From Octopus sinensis (taxonomy: Eukaryota), in the NCBI RefSeq assembly GCF_006345805.1, contig NC_042999.1, positions 109,430,001 to 109,494,000 of the forward strand: 64,000 bases of DNA, read 5' to 3'. Each line of letters opens with the position of its first letter. The stretch's first letter is position 1. The position numbers and the translations under genes were made by a program. The notes below the pieces were generated by a model. The model was not told where the DNA came from. It made no database searches and worked only from the letters and a program-made list of their open reading frames with translations. Below, piece by piece: positions 50,540-63,195 of this stretch.

Positions 50540-52630
50540 AAAATATTGAACCTAAAGACCTTGCCCTCTGTTTCTGGCTTTCATTTCTCAAAATAAGCTG
50601 TTGAATGACACAAGACACAAGAGCTAAATAAATGACAGATCAATTACCTCCTTTATATGGATAATGGAAAGCTTTTGGAAGAATGTGGTCAACAACTGGG
50701 AACACTTTAAGTGATGATGTTGAAATGGAGTTTGACCATGATATATGTACTAAAGCCACATTCTTTTACCCTTTAGCATTTAAGCTGGATATATCCTACC
50801 CAAATATTCTAACCGTTTTATGTTCAAACTGGTTAGGTCTGGCCTCTCACACTTACCCTACATTGTCATTCTTAAAGTAAATAATCACATCATCAAAATC
50901 TGAAAGCTATGAGATCTATGATAAATTCAAAACAATTTGTATAAATAACCATTACATTTGCCCGGACTTGTGCCTGGGAGGGTAACTGCCTAGGTGCAAT
51001 CCCATGGTCAGTCATGACCGAATGGGATCTCAACATTTGACAGAGTAATCTAAATGCTAAAGGAATAAAGGAAAACTTGAAAATGCATGACATACAGCTA
51101 GACAAGAATACAATAATCAAGAAATTAGATTCTGAAGAAAACTACAAATATTTAGGTGGTGGGGGATATCATCTGGCACCTCCATAATGCACATGAAAAT
51201 ACAGAAAGAATGCTGTTGTAGAATTAAGACTATCTTGAAAAGTGAACAAGATTGATACATTCAGTTCCCTTGCTATACCTGTTGTAACCTACAGATTTAA
51301 TATCATAAAATGTTCCGACAATGAGATCAGGAAAATTGAAACAAAGATGTGCAGCTTCCTCACAATGCACTGCATGAATCACCTAAAGAAAATATAAGCA
51401 GACTACACATCCTATAAAAGGATGGAGGATGTGCACTGATGCTATTGCAACTGTCTCTAAAAACAATCATATACTTAGCACCTATTCAAAGAACGCCAAT
51501 GACTGGATTTTTTAAGTTGTCTTCAAGCATTAAAGTGCCATGAAACGACACTTAATATCAGAAGAAGCAAAAATATATGTAAAAGAATTAAAGATCAATG
51601 AGACTGAGGCACAATTAGATGAAGCAGAAGAACCCAATGTGAAAATGAAACAAATCAAATGGAATCTCAGAACTGTGTAATAGATAGCAAAGTAAGGCAT
51701 TACAAAATTTTAAATACTCTACAAGTTCAGCAGTTCTGATGTTGATACAAAATATGACACATCAGTAGCTATCTGCATCTGGACTTAAATCAGAAACAGA
51801 TGGTTTCATTATAGCAGCTCAGGATCAGTGTCTATCGACTAGAAATTACCAAGCCAACACTCTTAAAAACAATGTTTATTCTACATACCACTTTTGTGGT
51901 ACAATCAGAGAAACAATTGATCACCTCTGGATGTTCTATGTTAGCCTCAAATGAATATACTAATTGCCATGATAAGGTTGGTCAGTATTTGCACAGGATC
52001 ATATACTGTCAGTTTGCACTCCCATATGAGAAGAACTAGTTGGAACATAGCCTGCCCCATTACCATTAGTATTCAAGCTGAATGAGCTATTCAAGCCAAT
52101 AGTCCAGATATTGTGGTGAACAGTCACATTGTCAAAACATGTTTTCTCATAGATGTGTCAATCCCAGCAGACTGCAACAACCCTGTAAAAGCATTTGAAA
52201 AGTTAACTAAATGCAAGGATCTTAAAATAAAGGTGTCAAAAATGTAGTATCTAAAAACAACAATTGTTCCTGTGATCATCAGAGGCTTAGGGATAATATC
52301 AAATGGCACTCATAAAGCTATAACCAAATACTAGAAAACTTAAATGTATCAGAACTGTAAAAAAATTATTCTCATAGATACAACCCACATCCTAAGTAAA
52401 ACACTGTCAACCTGAGAATTTCTGGATCTTTCAAAATCTTTCAAAATTGCAAATATTACAACAAACTTTTTACAAAATCTTAATTCTCAGTACATGGTCT
52501 CCTTTTCCTGAAATATGTTTTTGTTAATCATAAATAACATCCTCAGTAAAATGTCTGAGTCCTTGTTTCTTGAGTTCTCTGGTTGAGACTTGGAACAGCT
52601 TGTATAGAACAAAGCAACAACAAAAACATA
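50540..52630 (+). mobile_element. R4/Dong-like RLE retrotransposon, 3' ~2 kb, degraded
   Basis: INYLLYMDN (degenerate YMDD), MEFDHDICTKATF, EENYKYLG, GLKSETDGFIIAAQDQCL, ETIDHL..GC, ANSPDIVV...CFLIDVSIP and THILSKTLST*. Its 3' UTR is shared with the 56225 element. Confidence 0.9.
50769..51064. mobile_element. piggyBac-type MITE nested in the R4 element, itself carrying a 72-bp insert (50961-51032) with 7-bp TSD
   Basis: Same family as 26148-26339. acatttg is duplicated at 50954-50960 and 51033-51039. Confidence 0.75.
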
Positions 52631-53129
52631 ATAAGAGTTACAAATTTCAGGGGGGGGGGCGGATAAATCAGTTACACCAACCCCAGTACATGACTGGTAC
52701 TTTATTTTATTGACTCAAAAGTGAAGTTAGTGAGATTTGAACTCAGAAAGACAAAGAACCAGAAGAAATATCACATCTCATTTTGTCTGATGCTCTAACA
52801 ATTCTGTTAATTCTCTACCCTAGAAAAATAGCAGCGTCCACTTATAATGTAGAATAGAAGAATGTATATTTAAGCATTCAGTTTGAAATGCAGGGATTAG
52901 CAGTTACTTGGTAGGGTAAACAGTAACACATTACTGCTGTTCGGTAAATATGTGGTTAAAATCCATGTCCTACAACTCTGTCCTATTTGTGAACGGTGCT
53001 TGTAAACCCTAATATAAAATTACTTTTTAAAGTAAATGTCAAACAATCATTTATCATTTTAAAAATCACCTGGTCGATGTTTCTCAAGTAAAATTACTTG
53101 TTGAACTGTTAATTAGCCAATTACTTGAA

Positions 53130-53760
53130 AAACTATTAATCACCCACCCTAAAATAGCAGCAGTTGATTGATGTTCTATCTGGGAAACATGTTACACCAG
53201 AATTGATATCATAGAAGAACTGTATTTACATATTCTTGTCTTTTTGTTCCAGAAATTAAAAAGAAATTCTGGAAGGGTTCAATGTGATGTAATTTCTCTT
53301 TTGTTAAAACTTCTAAGCAGTTTGCAGAATTCATTTCCCAGTTCATAGTGGCCAAAACAAATTAATAAGAGAAAAAAAAATGGAATAATATAAATTTTAG
53401 CTGTTTTTATATCTAAATTATAGCCACTGAATTACTTTCTGAAATTATTGTGTGCTTGAGAAAACTTTCCAAATTGAGTGATAAAGGCAAATAAGATCTA
53501 CCTGCATAAAACATTTGTTATATAACATCTGTCTGCTGTGTTTTTCATGTTGTCATGCATTTTAATTATATTGCCTGTTACTGCATATTTTGCAGAAAGA
53601 TGTTTCAGTGCATTGAAAAGATTAAAAACACATTTAACGAATACATTAAGTCAGCTAGGTTGAGTAGATTAAACTTATTAAATACCTATAGAAAAACTTT
53701 AAATGCCAATAAAATTATTAAAGACTTTGCCAAAGAGCTCAAAAGAACTTCTTGATATAT
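53130..53760 (+). mobile_element. hAT transposase relic (C-terminal dimerisation domain clear at ~53570-53755)
   Basis: LPVTAYFAERCFSALKRLKTHLTNTLSQ, then after a frameshift ARLSRLNLLNTY...IIKDFAK, matching PVTxASxERSFSxLKRxKTYLR. Confidence 0.75.
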
Positions 53761-54149
53761 AAATATATATTTAAGGTTTTTAAAGATAAACTTTTATGAC
53801 TGAACAATTCCTAATTTTGTATATTTTCTTCTGTTCTGTCTCTTTGTACTTTCTTCATTAAATAGCCACAGAAAACTTGCCTTAGTTGTATTATTAAGAA
53901 AAAGTACTTTCAAACTAGCTACTAAACCGTGAAACATTCAAAAGTAAAATGGAGGTGATGGTGGGGAGGATCCTTATAATTTATAAACATTATGCATGGT
54001 CAATGCTCTTTAGAACCATCCCCTTGTATTTAAACAACCAGCTGTGATTCTATGATGAGTATTTTCTGGCAATAAACATACCTATAAACTCTGCCATTTG
54101 TTGGGCTTTTGCCTTTTATCCTTTCACAACAGATTTCTTGAATACTTAC

Positions 54150-54171
54150 CATTTATCTTCCCATTCATCCA
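54150..54171 (-). CDS. candidate 22-nt exon (xDEWEDKx), unverified
   Basis: gatttttttag|TGGATGAATGGGAAGATAAATG|gtaagt, with ctaac upstream. Only phase 1 is open. Confidence 0.25.
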
Positions 54172-55089
54172 CTAAAAAAATCTTAACTACATAGAGGCAT
54201 TATCCTTGTTAGATTTAGTTAGTTTTATATATCACAGTGTTTGCTCTATTAATACTTCCTTCTCAGAAGCATTTCCTATCTAAAAGTGATAAGTTCACAG
54301 TGCTTACATTCTGATTTCAAGCAACAATGGCCTGCTTTTCACACCCCAGCATAAAATATTATATAAATGATCAGAAACAAAACCGGTTTTCCTTTGAACT
54401 TTAATATTCATATACTTTGATATTACTGTATTTATATATTTTATGCATCATGTTGATGCTGAGCAAATCTGATTGAATTTTATTTTTCAATTTACTTTTT
54501 CCTTACTCTTTCTTATTAAACTCTTCCTTGCTTGCAACAGTTAGAAACAGTAAACCTTGATTAAATACTTTCCCCAAAATCTTAAAACAGTTCTCACAAC
54601 CCTCTTTCCATTCAACAAATGCAACTTTTAAGTTTTTCACTCACTCACCACATTTGCTGAGTAAATGAGGTAATCTCTATGTGGTTAGTTGATTTTCTAG
54701 AAATAGCAGTCAAATCTTGGAGCTACACCCATTGTTTGACAAAGTTAATTCACTGAATTTTCCTTTTCTCTTTCTCTTGTATTTGTTTCAATAATTAGAC
54801 TGTGGCCATGTTGGAGTACCACTCTTCAGAATTTTAATCAAATAAATCAATCCCATTATTATTTTTTTTTTTTAAAACCTGGTATATGTTCTAGCCATCT
54901 TTTTTGCTGAACTGCTTAGTTACAAGAATGGAAACAACAATACTAGTTATCAAGTAGTAGTGGGTAGCAAACACAGACACAAAGACACATACAGATACAC
55001 ATTATTGCATATATACATGCATACATAAATAGATACATAAATATATACAAACAAACACGCACATACACATACATACATACATACATACA

Positions 55090-55166
<77 letters not shown>

Positions 55167-55489
55167 TTTTATTAAAGCTGAAAAAATTTTCACAAACTGT
55201 TACTCAAAGTTTCACATTACCTTTCATTTGACAGTTGTGATCCTACATATGTGTGTATGTGAGTGTGTATGTATGTGTGTGTATGTGTGTGTGTCTGTAT
55301 TTGTGTGTGTGTGTGTGTGTCAGATCCACTCACAATGCTTTGGTTGGTCCAAGATTATTGTAGAAGACACTTGCCCAAGTTAACATGCTGTAGGACTGAA
55401 CCCAGAACCATGTGTTTGGCCAGCAAACGTCTTACACATATATCTGAGTCTTTTTTGTTTGACCTCGAAATCTCACATTGCATATGAAT

Positions 55490-55851
55490 TCACCAAAAAC
55501 ATATAATCTTTTTCCCATAACACCAGGTGCTACCTTTTTCGATTTAATTAATGTCGGCTTATCAACATGTTTCCGTGATTTTTTTGTTTATAATGGTGAT
55601 ATCACTACCTGTGTCCAACTGCATTTTAACACTTGTATTTCTTATTTTGACCTTCATGAATTTCCTCATTATTATATTACCAATTTCTTATGACATACTA
55701 TTTTTCCTTTGTTTTGACATTTTGTCCTCTTTGTTCTACAGTGTGTCTTTGTATGTCCTATGTTTCCACAATGAAAGCACTCCCATTTCTTAAATGGACA
55801 ATTTTTCCTCAGGTGTATACCTCCACATATAAAACATGGATTTATTTCCTG
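55490..55851 (-). mobile_element. Ty3/Gypsy gag zinc knuckles plus protease relic
   Basis: CFICGGIHLRKNC and CFHCGNIGHTKTHC, then after a frameshift VKMQLDTGSDITII. The upstream gag portion lies at ~58140-58390 (-). Confidence 0.85.
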
Positions 55852-56173
55852 GTTCTCATGGCTTAGAGGAATTTTTGGGGTTTGAATAATTTACCACTCG
55901 AAACATGGGTGTTTTGTTCAACATCTTTAAACAACCCATATTTGGGGACCTTTTGAGTGAGATGGGCTACTTGACCCGAAGAAAATTCTAACTGAGCCCC
56001 ACCTGCAAAGTCATGCACTGTTTATCTTGATATGAGATCACCATGTCGCATACATATAGTTGTGATGCATGTGCCTGATGTACCTTTATCAGAGGAGTAG
56101 TCATGTTAGGTATACTGGGCTTTGTATATTTTACCCCCGTGTCACTTTGATGGTATGCATTGCTCTCTCACTC
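55852..56173 (+). mobile_element. unclassified (AAT)n-tailed element (same family as 4003-4310)
   Basis: Ends ...gctctctcactc followed by (AAT)n at 56174-56224. Confidence 0.75.
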
Positions 56174-56224
<51 letters not shown>

Positions 56225-56804
56225 TATTGGAACTTCACCATTCAAACTGACAGGAAGATAGATGCAAATAGGCCAGACATCATATTGAAAGACTTCAAAC
56301 AAAGAACATGCCTCCTCATTGATATGACTGTCCCAATCGATATAAACGTATCTGTCAGGACCTACCAAAAACTGAGCAAATATAAAGATCTTGAATAGAA
56401 ATCAGCAAAATGTGGAAGCTGAAGACTAAAACAATACCTGTTGTCATAGGTGCCCTGGGAATGATAGCAAAAGGGGCTGAATGCTACCTAACTCAGATAC
56501 CAGGAAACCCAAAAATGGCAGAAGTTCAAAAGATAGTGCTCATGGGAACTGCTCATATCCTACGCAAAATACTCTCTATGTAACCTCAAGGTTTAAAACA
56601 ACCATAATTTTCGGTTTAAAAAAAAAAAAAAAAAAAAAAACTTTTTTTTTTTTTTAGACATTCATTAGTACAACATCCCCACCCCCCAAATATATGGCAC
56701 ACTAGGCATAACAACAACATGAACTTCCAACCCTGTTGTCTCTTGAGGTCTCTGGGTGAGACTTGGAGCCAACTTGTACAAATATAAAGCAAAAGTCAAA
56801 CATA

Positions 56805-56805
<1 letters not shown>
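56225..56805 (+). mobile_element. R4/Dong-like 3' end, copy 1
   Basis: YWNFTIQTDRKIDANRPDII...LLIDMTVP...KLSKYKDLE (PD-(D/E)xK endonuclease), then TIPVVIGALG...GTAHILRKILSM*, a UTR and (AAT)n. Confidence 0.9.
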
Positions 56806-56837
<32 letters not shown>

Positions 56838-56944
56838 TAATAATAATGATAATAATAATGATAATAATAATAATAATAATAATAATATAAACTATAAATA
56901 ATATATAATAATATAATAATAATAATATATAATATATAATGATA

Positions 56945-57379
56945 AGATGTAAACATATCTGTCAAGACCTACCAAAATCTGAGCAAATATAAAGATCTTG
57001 AAATAGAAATTAGCAAAATGTGGAACCTCAAGACTAAAACAATACCTGTTGTCATAGGTGCCCTGGGAATGATAGCAAAAGGGGTTGATTGCTACCTAGC
57101 TCAGATACCAGGAAACCCCAAAATGCTAGAAATTCAAAAGATAGTACTCATGGGAACTGTTCATATCCTACGCAAAATACTTTCTATGTAATCTCAAGTT
57201 TTAAAACAAACATAATTTTCTTATGGTTTCTTAAACATTCTCTAGAACAACACTATGTACAAAACCAAATATATGGCACCCTAGGCATAACACCAACATG
57301 AACTTCCAACTTGTCTCTTGGGGTATCTGGGTGAAACTTGGAGCCAACTTGTGCAAATGTAAAGCAAAAGTCAAACATA

Positions 57380-57380
<1 letters not shown>
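56945..57380 (+). mobile_element. R4/Dong-like 3' end, copy 2 (same family, shorter)
   Basis: Aligns with 56340-56805 and has its own (AAT)n tail at 57381-57444. Confidence 0.9.
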
Positions 57381-57444
<64 letters not shown>

Positions 57445-57445
<1 letters not shown>

Positions 57446-57866
57446 GGCCAACAGACTAGATATAGTTGTCAGAGATCATGAAGAAAAAAATGCTTTCTAA
57501 TTGATGTACCAATACCGGCAGATGACAACGTGTCTCTAAAAGAAATGGAGAAACTCTCAAAATACAAAGGCCTTGAAAATATAGGTAACTAGAATGTGGA
57601 ATCTGAAAACAGAAACAATTCCTATCATAGTAGGTGCATTAGGCATGATAAAAAAACATTCAGACAAATACATAACAAAAACACCAGGACTTACAAACAC
57701 ATATAACATACAGAAAATTGCACTACTAGGCACTGCACACATCCTACGCAGAACACTTTCCATACAATAACCATCAGAGCATCACAACAAATCACAGCAC
57801 ATACCCAAGGCACACAGAGCTGCGCTCGGTAGTGAAGTGAAAGCACGCTATAAAAATAAAACTATG

Positions 57867-57867
<1 letters not shown>
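57445..57867 (+). mobile_element. R4/Dong-like 3' end, copy 3 (different subfamily)
   Basis: ANRLDIVVRDHEEK..FLIDVPIPADDNVSLKEMEKLSKYK...IPIIVGALG...GTAHILRRTLSIQ*, with a distinct UTR and an (AAT)n tail. Confidence 0.9.
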
Positions 57868-57896
<29 letters not shown>

Positions 57897-57897
<1 letters not shown>

Positions 57898-59497
57898 CCT
57901 TTCTACTATAAGCACTGAAATTTTTGGGGAGGGTTTCAGTCGATTAGATCGACCCCAGTATGCAACTGGTACTTAATTTATCACCTCTAAAAGGATGAAA
58001 GGCAAAGTTGACCTCGGAGGAATTTGAACTCAAAACATAAAGACAGACGAAATACTGCTAAGCATTTCAACTGGTAAGCTAACAGTAATGCTAATGATAG
58101 ACTCTCCCATCAGAGATGACTCCTATCAAAGATGACTTTCATCAAAGACAACATTTCCACAACAAAAGTTCTCTGCTTTCTTAAATGGACAATTTTTCCT
58201 CAGGTGTATACCTCCACATGTAAAACATGGGTTTATTTCCTGATTTTTGTCGTGTTTTTTTAGAAAACATTTTATCTTTATTCTGACTATTTCACACTTG
58301 TTTTACTTGGAAATAATCTTTACGTTCAATTTCCTCCATAATGTGTCTTAATTTGATTATCCTTTCACATTCTTCTGACACTTGTTGTAGGGTTGCAGCC
58401 TGGTTTTGCTGAACAACCTGCACAAATGACTTGGTTACAGTGATGAAATGTATGTGCCGTACATTAGCTCACCCCCTCCATCAAATTGACTTTGCTTTAA
58501 CAGGTGCATGGTGTGCCATGCATCGACTGTTCAAGTGACAGCAGAGCAATGTGAGATGAAGTGTTTTTCTTAAAAACACAATGCACGCCCTACTCTAGGA
58601 ATTGAAACCATGATCTTGCAATCATTTGGCCATGCAGCTCTTTCTAATTCTTGGCACAAGGCCAATAATTTGGAGGGGAGGGGAAGCTGAAAGTTAATTA
58701 CATCAATCCCAGTGTATAACTGGCACTTATTTTATTGACTCGAAAAGGATGAAAGACAAAGACGACCTTGGTGTAATTTGAACAAACACCACAAAGATAT
58801 ATTCTAACACTTTAACTATTCTGCCTGCTTGCCACTCTTGAAATTATGGTTCTTAATTGAAGCACAAAGTAAGCATTTTGAAGGGAGGGATTAATCAATA
58901 CCATAAGCCATAGTACTCAACTAGTACTTTATTTCATCACCCTTAAAAAGATGAAAAGCAATGTTAACCTTGGAAGGATTTGAACTCAGAATATACAGAC
59001 CCAGACACAATACCATAAATTGCTCATGATTCTGCAATTTCTCTGCTGATGGTTTCTGATTTGGGCCAGTAATTTGAGAGAAGGGTATCAGTTGATGCTA
59101 CTGACCTCAATACTTAACTGGTACTTCAAAAATTTATCCAGGGTTGGAGAGGGGGTTTAAATAAATGCAAAGTTGCCCTTGGTTGGATTTGAACTCAGAA
59201 TATAAAGAGCTGACATAAATACAGCAAAGGATTTTCTTGAATGTCCTAACAATTTTACCAGTGCACTGCTTAATAACGATAATTCTTTCTAATTTTGGCA
59301 TGAGGCCTTGCAATTTTGAAGGGAGGGACAAATTGGTTACATTGACTCCAGTACTCAACTGATATTTATTTTATCAACTCTTTGAAAGGATGAAATCGAC
59401 CTTGGCGAAATTTGAACTCAAAATGTGAAGAGCTGGAAGAAATGCCACTAAGTATTTTGTCTGATGTGCTTATGATACCACCAATTTGCTGCATTTA

Positions 59498-59560
<63 letters not shown>

Positions 59561-59760
59561 GAATAATAATAATAATCCTTTCTACTATAAGCACAATTTT
59601 TAGGGAGTGCTATTCAATTACATCAACTCCAGTTCTTGACTGATACTTGTTTCATCAACCCCAGAAAAGATGAAAGGCAAAGTTGACCCCAGTGAAATTT
59701 GAACTCAAAACAAAAAGACAGATAAAATACCACAAATAATTCTGCCAGCACACTGCTTGA
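57897..59760 (-). mobile_element. cluster of about six SINE family A copies in the same orientation
   Basis: Recurrent gaaaggatgaaa...gttgacct...tttgaactca at ~57990, 58745, 58950, 59170, 59385 and 59670. Confidence 0.75.
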
Positions 59761-59787
59761 ATGATGATGATAATAATAACAATAATG

Positions 59788-59836
<49 letters not shown>

Positions 59837-60633
59837 CAATAACAATAACAATAATAATCATAATTTTTTTTGTTACTTGCTACCAAGGCCATTCCTACAT
59901 ACAAAAGACATTTTTTAAAGAAAACGTGTGGGGTGGGTAGGGATTAACAAAGTTATGCATAAACAAACAAGAGGAGTATCAGAGACGTTACACAATATAT
60001 TAAGACATGAAAAAATGCACAAAATAGATGATTGTACAAAACACAGATATAATCTAAACAGATACAATTTACAGAAGCAAGAAAATAATAGGGCAATCTA
60101 CCCATACATATGAGAAACTGCCATCTGGGCTTCCTCACAAATCTGACCATCCTCTGCTTGCATACCCATGTCATGCTGTAAGAATGTCACATCCCAAACA
60201 AGCCCATGTACAGTTGGATATCAGAAAGAGTAGGAAGAGCTCATATTCCTTTCATAAGTTTAGTAACCTATCCTTTATACTCTTTATATGCAGCTCTTTG
60301 CAAAATTCTCCATTTCTTCTCTTACATTCAGGAAACCCATCAGATTCTTGTATGTTTCCAGTACTGTAAGGCTTATGTTTAATTTTCTTATTTACTTCTA
60401 GGGTGGGGGAAGCAGACCACTTTTTGTTCTGTATACTTTCTGTTTCAGCCACTTCTTCCATTTTAAGGTCTTTTCCTGCTTTTTGTTTCCACTGTTCCCT
60501 AAAATTTTCATCTCATCATCGTTGCAAAATCAGAGGTAAAGGGAACATTGTCGTCTTGATCCTCAACTTCCAGGTTGTTGACTTCTTGCAGTTTTTTTTC
60601 ATCATCTTTTCAGACTGAGGAAATGGTGATTTC

Positions 60634-60867
60634 TTATTTCTTTATTCCCCACAAGGGGCTAAACATAGAGAGGACAAACAAGGACAGACAAACGGATTAA
60701 GTCGATTACATCAATCCCAGTGCGCTTCTGGTACTTAATTTATCAACCCTGAAAGGATGAAAGGCAAAGTTGACCATGGTGGAATTTGAACTCAGAACGT
60801 AACAGCAGACAAAATACGGCTAAGCATTTTGCCTGGTGTGCTAATGTTTCTGCCAGCTCGCTGCCTT
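60634..60867 (-). mobile_element. SINE family A with 19-bp TSD
   Basis: ctgaggaaa(t/a)ggtgatttc at 60615-60633 and 60881-60899, plus a partial extra copy at 60868-60880. Confidence 0.85.
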
Positions 60868-62076
60868 CTGAGGAAAAGGACTGAGGAAAAGGTGATTTCT
60901 GATGTTTTTGGAGCATCTACTACCAGAGCCCTAAGAACTACACCTTTTGTGGCCTTTACCTTTTTTTGATCCCTCTAGATAATAAACTTTCAAGTAACTT
61001 TTACTGCTATTTATGTAGTAGCTTAACTTTCATGGCCTTTCTTTTAGCACTAGCATAGCAAACAGTTCTGGAATTTGGAATTCCTCTACAGTCCCCAGGG
61101 GTTGATTGGGAACTGTATATTCTCATTGACCCCTTTCAATCACACTAGGGGCATATATTCAGGATGTGCTAGATGTGCACTACATACCCATCGAAAATGG
61201 TAAATTCATTATAAATGTTAACCTTACTCATTAATTTAATTACAAATCTTAATGGAAAACTTTTGCTATGCTCTTACTTGAAATTTGGTGGCAATGAGTG
61301 TGGCAGCACACTCAATGCAACAATCAACATACGCCACTGAGCTACGCCATATTCTTTGTTATTCCAGTGTTTACCATCTACCTATACTACACTACAGAAG
61401 TAACAATGCGCTATTAATATCATTATCAATATCCTTTATCATAACTCTTGTCTTACACTGCCACATGGAGTTTGTAATGAGCTTCTGTGCATGTGTGTGA
61501 CCCACTATCTGTGCAATCACCAGTCTGCATTTCCCTTCATCTTCAGGTATGCATTTATCCATATCTTGGCCAATGGAGAAGATATGGCAAATGGACAGAA
61601 AAAAAAACAACTAGTCCCTGACGAGGTGTTACTATATACATGCCCTAAAACTAAAGCTTCTGTATAATTGCTCAAGTTGTTAAAAACAGAAATATTATCT
61701 TCTTCATATCTCATCACTATAAATAAATGGGTAAGGCACAAAAGACACATTAGATGGTATAATACTAGTTTATACCCTATCACCACCAGAAACATGATAG
61801 CTGCAACTGGAGTGCCTCAATCATAGGTCTGCTTAATTGGGGTTCAGTGGGTGATAAACACAAACAACAACAGCAACAACAAAACAAATTCAGAAAGAAG
61901 AATAATTAAAAAATTCATTTTTGAACAAATCTAAATTGATACTTTTTCATGAAGTGTATTCAATTGACATTGGTCTCTGATCTGTATACATGTTACCTTA
62001 TTTCTGAAATTGGTACTTATTTATTTCTCTTGTTAATCAATAATTTATGAGTTGGTCTAAGTATTTATAAATATGT

Positions 62077-62148
<72 letters not shown>

Positions 62149-62179
62149 ATACACACAATGATATGTATATGTGTGTGTT

Positions 62180-62233
<54 letters not shown>

Positions 62234-63152
62234 AATAGATAGATAGATAGATAGATGAATATATGTATGCGTATGTATGTGTGTATATGTGTGTGTGTGT
62301 ATATATAATGGTACATATATATATGTTAACATTTATTACTTAAATTAACAAGAGTCATTAGAGTTCAAATGCTGATTTTCTTCAAGTTTAAATTTTTCTT
62401 CTTTATTCAATTTTACTCGACAAAAATAATCAAGATAGAACTTTTTTTCTGTACACAAATTTTCTTCTGTTTTTTTTTTTTTCCGTTGTTGTTGCTTATT
62501 TTGTTAGTTTATAATATCTTGAATTGGATACTTGAACCTGTCTTTTTAAATTGGCCAATTGCTTACACTTAATATCAGACCAATTAAAAAATAATTCCAA
62601 TATCAAATTAAAAATGTTTTAATGTTTATATTTAAGGTTGAATTACATTCGTTGTTGAAATGTTATTTTGATATATTGAGCTGAAATAAGTCATCTAAAG
62701 TTGTTTCACATTGAAAGTAGCCTAACCCTTATCATTTCTTGCGAAAAATATTTGCTTTTAAATTTATATCTTATTATACATCAGAAAGTATAACAAGATA
62801 ATTTACCAATGTAAATTGACATGAAATTGAATTGTTTAATTAATTGAGCTTTTAGACTCACATGCATGGAACGTATTCACATATACATATGTACAAAGCT
62901 TACATTCATTATAAAAAGTCAAAGCATTTTAAAAATAGCAGTCCTAATTTATTCAGAAAATAATTCATTTAAATATCTTACTGCTTTAGATACTGTATCT
63001 CTTAACCTTCTATTTGATGTCCTTTTTGAAAACTCTAACTTTAGATATAATGTTAAAGATCAGGTCTTTTGTCATGGTTTGGTCACAAAATCTTCATTTC
63101 TTTTAAAGAATTGATTTATATGTTAGGCAAAGTCTCATATTGGTACACATAC

Positions 63153-63195
63153 ACTATCAAGATGGTTTTCAATCAAGATGTCATTCTCCGTTGCA
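63153..63195 (-). CDS. candidate 43-nt exon (ATENDILIENHLDS), unverified
   Basis: atttattttgaattccaag|TGCAACG...GATAGT|gtatgt. Open in phase 2 in, phase 0 out. Confidence 0.2.
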
